From Acidimicrobiales bacterium (GTDB lineage Bacteria > Actinomycetota > Acidimicrobiia > Acidimicrobiales > SZUA-35): a stretch of DNA of 64,000 nucleotides. The stretch's first letter is position 1. Each line of letters opens with the position of its first letter. Below are positions 53,813 to 64,000 of the stretch, piece by piece. The stretch spans positions 209,610-273,609 of the forward strand of contig OZ244195.1 of assembly GCA_965216685.1 (NCBI GenBank), written 5' to 3'. The notes beneath the pieces were generated by a model that worked only from the letters and a program-made list of their open reading frames with translations, did not search any database and was not told the DNA's origin. The position numbers and the translations under genes were made by a program.

Positions 53813-53899
53813 GGCGATGGATCTCCAGGTACGCGACCTACAACGGGGAGTTTCGGGTTGAGCCGAAACTCCAGGCAAGGTGCTCCGCACCGCAGCACG

Positions 53900-56695
<2,796 letters not shown>

Positions 56696-56758
56696 CTCAC
56701 TAGAAGTCTACTGGCGCCGGGCGCGGTCTCTGACGCGCCGCTCGGCTGGGAGAAGGCT

Positions 56759-57319
56759 CTACTCGACCTCGATCAACCCGACGTCGCCGTCGTCCCGCCG
56801 ATACACGACCGCGGCCCGATCGGTTTCGGCGTTGGTGAACAGGTAGAAGTCGTGGTTGAGCAGGTCCATCTGGAGGGCGGCGCCCTGTGGGTCGAGTGAG
56901 TTGATCTCGAAGAGCTTCGACTTCACGATGTTGTACATCGGTTCGGCTGTACTCTCATCGGAGACCAGCCGGCTGGGAACAAGATCGGGGGGAATTTCGG
57001 GCCGTTCCCGGCTGCGGTATCGCTTGTTGACCTTGGTCTTCAGCTTGCGCATCTGACGTTCGAGTTTGTCGACCGCCAGATCGATGGCGGTGAAGCCGTC
57101 GGGGGCCGAGACCTTGCACCGGATGTGGTGACCGTGGCCCTCCATGGTGACTTCGCAGAACTCGGTGTCCTTGCTTCGGGAGTTCTTCTCCTCCCAGAAG
57201 TGGACCTCGGCCCGCTCCATGCCGTCGAGATACTTGTCCAGGCGGCCGATCTTCTCGGTGGCCTGACGCTTCAAGGACTCCGAGACAGTGGTTTTCCGAC
57301 CGCTGACCGTAACCTCCAT
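56759..57319 (-). CDS. hpf: ribosome hibernation-promoting factor (long HPF)
   Basis: MEVTVSGRKTTVSESLKRQATEKIGRLDKYL plus a C-terminal dimerisation domain (FYLFTNAETDRAAVVYRRDDGDVGLIE). Confidence 0.85.
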   Translation of the reverse strand: MEVTVSGRKTTVSESLKRQATEKIGRLDKYLDGMERAEVHFWEEKNSRSKDTEFCEVTMEGHGHHIRCKVSAPDGFTAIDLAVDKLERQMRKLKTKVNKRYRSRERPEIPPDLVPSRLVSDESTAEPMYNIVKSKLFEINSLDPQGAALQMDLLNHDFYLFTNAETDRAAVVYRRDDGDVGLIEVE

Positions 57320-57416
57320 ACACAACCTCCGTTGTTCACGATCGCAGGAGAGTGCAGATCGTTACCCCGTCACCTTAGGCCGAGGAGGTCGGTTGGGGCC
57401 AGCCTTTCGACCGGGC

Positions 57417-58025
57417 CTAACCGGCTGAAGCCACGGCAACAGCAATGATGGTGGATGAACCTGCTTGCCGCAGAGTCTCGGCCGCCACCGCCAGTGACGA
57501 TCCGGTGGTGATCACGTCGTCGATCAAGACGACATCGGCCGGGGCTCGAATGATCCGGCACCGAAGCCCGGGTCCCCGCAACCGCTCGACCCGGCTGCGT
57601 CCCTCCTGACCCTCCGCCCCGACCCGGCCGAGGATGGGACGAACCGGCAGGCCCAGGGAGTGGCCGACGGCCCGGGCCAGTAGTCGGCCCTGGTCATAAC
57701 CGCGGCGACGCCGGCGCTCGGTACTGGCCGGTATCCAAACCACCGTGGGGGGTCTGTCGAGCCACCCGGCGGGTACGGATGGGCTGGTCGTCAACAGGTC
57801 GGCCAGTTGGCGGCCGAAATGGATCAGGATGTCTCTCCGCCCACCGTTCTTGGCCGCCAGCAGGAACCGCTGGGTGGGTCCCTCGTAGCGGTGCAGGGCG
57901 TGGGCGGCATCAACACCGGCGATGGGGCGGGTCAACGGAATTGGCGGAGCCGAAGGAAGGCAGCCGCATCGTTGTCGCCACCGTTCGGTTCGGCGACACC
58001 ATGGACAGACCCGGGCCAACACCAT
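57417..58025 (-). CDS. ComF-family phosphoribosyltransferase-domain protein
   Basis: An N-terminal Cys pairs motif (CPWC...C) and a C-terminal PRTase motif (VVLIDDVITTGSSL). Confidence 0.7.
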   Translation of the reverse strand: MVLARVCPWCRRTERWRQRCGCLPSAPPIPLTRPIAGVDAAHALHRYEGPTQRFLLAAKNGGRRDILIHFGRQLADLLTTSPSVPAGWLDRPPTVVWIPASTERRRRRGYDQGRLLARAVGHSLGLPVRPILGRVGAEGQEGRSRVERLRGPGLRCRIIRAPADVVLIDDVITTGSSLAVAAETLRQAGSSTIIAVAVASAG

Positions 58026-58069
58026 GCCACACCATACTCACGGCCGGTGACATCGAAAGCCGGACCGAA

Positions 58070-58114
58070 GGTTTGTGCGCTGTGGTGTCACTATGACACC
58101 ACAGCGCACAAACC
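58070..58114. terminator. perfect 21-bp palindromic hairpin of the TGTGCGC...GCGCACA family
   Basis: GGTTTGTGCGCTGTGGTGTCA-CTA-TGACACCACAGCGCACAAACC lies 15 nt downstream of the ahcY stop. Confidence 0.65.
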
Positions 58115-58128
58115 TCCAGGGGATTGCT

Positions 58129-59601
<1,473 letters not shown>

Positions 59602-59634
59602 GTGTCTTGCTCCTGATGGGGAAGGGATTGAAGG

Positions 59635-59871
59635 TTAAGGTTCGAAGGTGGGCTGGATGCCTCGCTCGGAGGCCAGCGCCGTCAACCGATCATGCTCGGC
59701 GTCGTCGACGGTTTCCGCCTCGTCGATCAACATGACGGGGATGTTGTCCTCTATTCGGTACCGGCGCCGCAGGCGCGGATTGTAGAGCCAAGCCTCCTGC
59801 TCGAAGTAGAGCAGCGGGCCTTTGTCCTCGGGACAGGCCAGGATGTCGAGCAGCTGCTGGGCCAACGCCAC
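59635..59871 (-). CDS. Trm112-family small protein
   Basis: LLDILACPEDKGPL...NPRLRRRYRIEDNIPVMLIDEA. GTG 59871 lies 7 nt after a GGAGG site. The longer track ORF (to 60156) overlaps manA. Confidence 0.7.
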   Translation of the reverse strand: MALAQQLLDILACPEDKGPLLYFEQEAWLYNPRLRRRYRIEDNIPVMLIDEAETVDDAEHDRLTALASERGIQPTFEP

Positions 59872-59932
59872 AACACAACCTCCGGTCGGAAGGCCCTGAT
59901 TCTCGGGAACCAGAGCGAGTACCGCTCCAAGA

Positions 59933-61177
59933 CTATCGGCCGACGGTGGCCCGCCAGACGGTGCTGTCGACCGGGCCGAGTTCCAGGCGATAACCGCCGG
60001 TGGCGGCGGGAACGGCCACCGCTTCCCCCTGGTCGATGGCCAACGGTGCGGTCTGGTTGGAACCGGTGACTCCGGATCTGGCCACATGAGCGGATCCGGC
60101 GCTGACGAACAGGATCTCCGGTCCCTCGACCTTACATACGATCGGTTGCCCGGCACCGGCCGACCGGTAGCCGGTCAAGGCGAACTCCGACACCGGAACG
60201 TCGAAGCGTTTGACGGGCCCGGTCATCGTCTGGACCGGCGGGGACCGGGGAGCAAAGGAGGCATTGGCCAGCAACTCCTCAACGTCGACGAACTTGGTCG
60301 TCAGCCCGCCCCGAATGACGTTGTCGCTGTTGGCCATCAGTTCAACCGCCGTCCCGGCGAGGTAGACGTGCAGCTCGCCCGAAGGCAGGAACAGGGCCTG
60401 GCCCGGTTGTAGCGTCAGGTGATTGAGCAGAAGGGCCAACACGATCCCGATGTCGCCCCGATGGAATCGGTTCAGCCGGACGGTCCACCCGAGTTCGGAC
60501 CGGAACGAACGGGCGGCGGCCGGGCCGTCGGGCCCCAACAACCGTTCACATTCAGCCACCACCGACCCGACCAGGGTGGCGGCGGCGTCCCTGTCGAGAT
60601 TGAGGAGCCACGACGCCACGTCGGCCAGGACGTCGGCCGACGAGCATTGGCCGGCGGTGGCCAGGCGATCCTGGAGCGGGGCCACGGTCGGATCACGGAA
60701 GAGGGCGAGCAGCCGTTGGGACTCGGCCAACGGACGAAATCCGCAGCGGGCCTCGAACAGCGTCAGAGCACAGATGAGTTCGGGTTTGTGGCGGGGATCC
60801 CGGTAGCTGCGGTTGAAGGCATCAGGGGCGATGCCGGCCGTCTCCTCCCGGTCGAAGCCGGCCCGAGCCTGTTCGGAGCTGGGATGAGCCTGGATCGACA
60901 GGGGCTCGGCGGCAGCCAGGACCTTGAACAGGAACGGCAACTCCCCGAAGCGCTGCTGTACGGTCGAACCGAGCCAACGGTCGGGATCAGCGGCGATGAC
61001 GGCGTCGAAGGCGATCTTCTCGCCCTGACCGTCGTCCATCAGGCTCGGCCCTTTCGGGTGTGCCCCCAGCCAGTACTCCGCCTCCGGGCGGCCCGACGGA
61101 GCCACGCCCCGCAGCTCGGCAATGGCCGAGACGTGACCCCACGGGTAGTTCTGAAGCACTCCGGTGATCTTGTGCAC
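59933..61177 (-). CDS. manA: class I mannose-6-phosphate isomerase
   Basis: N-terminal LQNYPWGH, then LSIQAHP and the ELMANSDNVIRGGLT motif. Confidence 0.9.
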   Translation of the reverse strand: MHKITGVLQNYPWGHVSAIAELRGVAPSGRPEAEYWLGAHPKGPSLMDDGQGEKIAFDAVIAADPDRWLGSTVQQRFGELPFLFKVLAAAEPLSIQAHPSSEQARAGFDREETAGIAPDAFNRSYRDPRHKPELICALTLFEARCGFRPLAESQRLLALFRDPTVAPLQDRLATAGQCSSADVLADVASWLLNLDRDAAATLVGSVVAECERLLGPDGPAAARSFRSELGWTVRLNRFHRGDIGIVLALLLNHLTLQPGQALFLPSGELHVYLAGTAVELMANSDNVIRGGLTTKFVDVEELLANASFAPRSPPVQTMTGPVKRFDVPVSEFALTGYRSAGAGQPIVCKVEGPEILFVSAGSAHVARSGVTGSNQTAPLAIDQGEAVAVPAATGGYRLELGPVDSTVWRATVGR

Positions 61178-61179
61178 CG

Positions 61180-62598
61180 CTATTCAGCGTCCGCCATGAC
61201 CGCTCGAACCTCGGCCACCCGCCGGTCGACCTCGGCCGAAGAGGCCGCTTCGAGATTCAGCCGTAGAAGCGGTTCGGTGTTGGAGGGTCGAAGGTTGAAC
61301 CACCAGTGGCCGAAGTCCACGGTCAGGCCGTCGAGCCGATCGCAGCGGGCCTGCCGGTAGTGGTCGGCCACATGATCGATCACCGCCGAGGCATCGGCCA
61401 CCCGGGTGTTCAGTTCACCCGATGACTCGTAGCGTTGGAGCGGAGCCAGTAGGTCCGACAGCGGACCGTCGTGGCGGGACAGTTGCTCGAGAACCATCAC
61501 TGATGCGATCACCCCGGAATCGGCCCGCCAGTTGTCACGGAAGTAGTAGTGGGCCGAATGCTCACCGCCGAACACGGCCCCGGATTCGGCCATCAACTGC
61601 TTGATGAACGAATGGCCGACCCTGGACCGCACGGCCTTTCCCCCGCTCTCGGCTATCACCTCCGGAACCGCCTTCGAGCAGATCAGGTTGTGAATGATCT
61701 TGGCTCCCGGGTTGGCGGCCAGAACGGCCCGGGCCAGCAGCGCCGTTGTGGCCGAGCCGGAGACCGGCTGAGCCTGTTCGTCGACCAGGAAGACCCGATC
61801 GGCGTCACCGTCGAAGGCCAAGCCGATGTCGGCCCCGGTCTCCAGCACCCGGGTCTGCAGGTCAACCAGGTTCTTGGCCTCCAGTGGATTGGCCTCGTGA
61901 TTGGGGAAGGTGCCGTCCAACTCGGGATACATGATCTCCAGCTCGAACGGCAGCTTGGCGAAGATCTCGGGAACGACCAGACCGCCCATGCCGTTGGCCG
62001 TGTCGGCCACCACCTTCAGTGGCCGGAGGGCCGACATGTCGATGAACGACCGCACGTGGTCGGCGAAACTGGCCAGCAGATCCCGCTCCGTGCGTCGTCC
62101 CCGGTCGACCGCCGGGACCGGTGGGGCTCCTTCCACCGCCACCCGTTTGATGTCGGCCAAACCCGACTCCTGGCCGATGGGGGTGGCCCCCCGCCGGCAC
62201 AGCTTCATCCCGTTGTAGCCGGCCGGATTGTGGGATGCGGTGAACATGACGCCGGGGAGATCGAGGCTGCCCGAGGCGAAGTACAACAGATCCGTCGAGG
62301 CCAGTCCGATGTCGACCACGTCGAGTCCCTGATCCATCACACCGTCGGCGAAGGCTTCGACCAGCCGGGGACCCGACGGACGCATGTCGCGGCCGATGAT
62401 CACGGCGCCACCGGACGGCTCGATCTCCCGAACGAACACGGCGAAGCCGGTTCCCAGGGCCCGACAAACATCTGGATTCATCTGGTCGGGAACGGTGCCG
62501 CGCACGTCGTAAGCCTTGACGACTTGGTCGAGAACGGAAAGATCGGTCACTAAGGCACCTATCGGTAGGTAAGACGGTTCGATTACGACCGGCGGCAA
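61180..62598 (-). CDS. phosphomannomutase/phosphoglucomutase
   Basis: KAYDVRG, active-site TASHNPAGYNG and FDGDADR. The start codon is uncertain. Confidence 0.9.
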   Translation of the reverse strand: MPPVVIEPSYLPIGALVTDLSVLDQVVKAYDVRGTVPDQMNPDVCRALGTGFAVFVREIEPSGGAVIIGRDMRPSGPRLVEAFADGVMDQGLDVVDIGLASTDLLYFASGSLDLPGVMFTASHNPAGYNGMKLCRRGATPIGQESGLADIKRVAVEGAPPVPAVDRGRRTERDLLASFADHVRSFIDMSALRPLKVVADTANGMGGLVVPEIFAKLPFELEIMYPELDGTFPNHEANPLEAKNLVDLQTRVLETGADIGLAFDGDADRVFLVDEQAQPVSGSATTALLARAVLAANPGAKIIHNLICSKAVPEVIAESGGKAVRSRVGHSFIKQLMAESGAVFGGEHSAHYYFRDNWRADSGVIASVMVLEQLSRHDGPLSDLLAPLQRYESSGELNTRVADASAVIDHVADHYRQARCDRLDGLTVDFGHWWFNLRPSNTEPLLRLNLEAASSAEVDRRVAEVRAVMADAE

Positions 62599-62789
62599 TA
62601 GACGTCAAGAATGGCCGCCGCCCGGTGTATTGGCGCCGGCCACTGTGGCCACCTGGGCCCCAGGTTAGATCCTTGCGGGCGTGAACCGTGATTTTGTGTC
62701 AAGTCTCACCGGTTTCGGCCAAGGCCGAAATTGAGCCGCTTGCGGTCCGCGAGGGCGCTCCGCGCCGAAGCCACAATGGTCGGACGTTC

Positions 62790-63956
62790 TCAGGCCCGGC
62801 TGTCGAGAACAGCGAGCTGGCGGGAATCGGGCTGATAGACCCCTTCGCCCACCCAGCGCCGAATCCGGAACAGGTCCATGATCAAGCCGGCGAAGTCGGC
62901 CACCACCCGGACCGAGGAATCGGGCCGATTCTCCACCGAAACCGGGATCTCACGCAGCGACAGCTGATCCTGCTCGGCGATCAGGAACAGTTCGACGTCG
63001 AAGGCGAAGCCGTTGATGCGGGTTCGCTCGAACATGGTGGTGGCGATGTCGGCCTGAAACCCCTTGAGCCCACACTGGGTGTCGCGAAAGTGTCCGAGCA
63101 GAACCAGATGGGTGAGGCGGTTCACCATACGACCGCCCAGCTCCCGAAGCTTGCGGGCCCGGACCAGAACGTTGGTGTGCTCATGACGGCGGCTGCCGAC
63201 CACCATGTCCCAGCCCTGCTCGACCTCGTCCAGCACGGTCAACAGCAACTCGGGGCGATAGGCCAGATCGGCGTCGGTGAACACCACGGTCCGGCCATGG
63301 GCCTGCAACACCCCCTGGCGAACCGCCGCCCCCTTTCCCAGATTGACGGTTGAACGCACCACCCGGGCGCCGGCCGCCGCCGCGCTGGTGGCGGTTTCGT
63401 CGGTCGAACCGTCGTCGACCACCACGATCTCGGCGTCGCCGGCCGCCAACCTCGAATCCAATGTCTGTCGGACCGTCTCCACCGTGGTCGAGATTCGCTC
63501 CTGTTCGTTGTAGGCCGGCAGGACGACCGAGAGCCGGAGTGGTCGATCCGGCCGTGGTCGGTCAACCCGCCGGGCCAGATCCCTCCGCACCTGAGTGAAC
63601 AGGATCCAGCGGTACATGAACCAGCGCACGCACGCCCCGAAACCGATGGCCAGGGCTTTGACGGCCGGAAGAGCCATGACGGGATTGACCAGTACCAGCA
63701 CCAGCATGTCGACAGAGCCGGCCACGAGTGCCGTACCGGCGAACAAGCCGGGATTGCTGACCCAACGGGCCGACGGATCCCCCTTGAAGGTCAGACGGCG
63801 GTTCATGCCGTAGGCCACCACGGCGGCCGCGACCAGAGCCACTGCGTTCGCCCACACGACCGACGGCCAGCGTCCGGCCAGCAGAATCAGCAGGCCGAAA
63901 TCGACGGCCGTGGCGATTGCCCCGACCAGGGCGAACAGTCGGAGCCGGCTCCTCAC
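62790..63956 (-). CDS. GtrA-like membrane domain fused to a family-2 glycosyltransferase (polyprenol-phosphate sugar synthase-like)
   Basis: An N-terminal four-TM GtrA-like region (FALVGAIATAVDFGLLILL), then LSVVLPAYNEQERI and VVVDDGSTDET. Confidence 0.75.
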   Translation of the reverse strand: MRSRLRLFALVGAIATAVDFGLLILLAGRWPSVVWANAVALVAAAVVAYGMNRRLTFKGDPSARWVSNPGLFAGTALVAGSVDMLVLVLVNPVMALPAVKALAIGFGACVRWFMYRWILFTQVRRDLARRVDRPRPDRPLRLSVVLPAYNEQERISTTVETVRQTLDSRLAAGDAEIVVVDDGSTDETATSAAAAGARVVRSTVNLGKGAAVRQGVLQAHGRTVVFTDADLAYRPELLLTVLDEVEQGWDMVVGSRRHEHTNVLVRARKLRELGGRMVNRLTHLVLLGHFRDTQCGLKGFQADIATTMFERTRINGFAFDVELFLIAEQDQLSLREIPVSVENRPDSSVRVVADFAGLIMDLFRIRRWVGEGVYQPDSRQLAVLDSRA

Positions 63957-64000
63957 GGCCGGGACACGGCCGACTGTTCGCTCGGATCGGTTTGGGGGCC

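Noticed and set aside
52700-53890. I looked for the programmed +1 frameshift (in-frame TGA near codon 26) known for many prfB genes.
   Set aside because: The RF2 frame is continuous from ATG 53812 through the SPF and GGQ motifs, so no frameshift site is present.
59602-59932. An SAH riboswitch upstream of ahcY.
   Set aside because: Only 33 nt separate ahcY from the Trm112-like gene, and about 60 nt lie upstream of that gene. This is too short, and I saw no recognisable pseudoknot motif.

Overview
High-GC, gene-dense chromosomal segment that looks like Actinomycetota. I found no rRNA, CRISPR array, transposase or integrase. Many long ORFs in the six-frame track are alternative-frame artefacts of the GC bias and are rejected below.

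Layout:
(1) 1-13.7 kb: a lipid-type biosynthetic cluster, cut by the left window edge. It holds a fatty-acyl-AMP ligase, stand-alone ACP, thioester-reductase-like SDR, class III aminotransferase, ferritin-like diiron oxygenase, acyl-CoA dehydrogenase-like protein, LLM oxidoreductase, two SRPBCC proteins, an SCP2 protein and an ABC-2 exporter.
(2) 13.8-23 kb: envelope proteins, xthA, a helicase, clpP and tRNA-Leu. A GrdB/PrdB-family gene here has its conserved sequence running through an in-frame TGA, giving a U-x-x-C motif. I call it a candidate selenoprotein.
(3) 23.1-37.8 kb is the most interesting region. Four transcription units carry the same 15-bp palindrome, so it looks like one GntR-controlled regulon. 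It combines a split glutamate-synthase (MgsABC-like) trio, an APC permease, a DUF3156 protein, RidA, a sarcosine-oxidase-like FAD enzyme and a seven-gene bacterial microcompartment (BMC) operon. That operon encodes a glutamine-synthetase-like ligase, BMC-P, BMC-H, an opine-dehydrogenase-like enzyme, an acylating aldehyde dehydrogenase, BMC-T and a malate dehydrogenase with a long N-terminal extension. I see no known BMC signature enzyme, so this is a candidate undescribed amine/opine-type metabolosome.
(4) 37.8-64 kb: housekeeping genes (rdgB, rph, murI, a cfa cluster with a frameshifted DUF1365 gene, smpB-ssrA, ftsEX, prfB, secA, hpf, comF, ahcY, manA, pmm, a GtrA-GT2 fusion).

A family of GC-rich palindromic hairpins with TGTGCGC...GCGCACA arms marks several gene ends. 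All functional calls come from motif recognition by eye. None has been checked by a database search.
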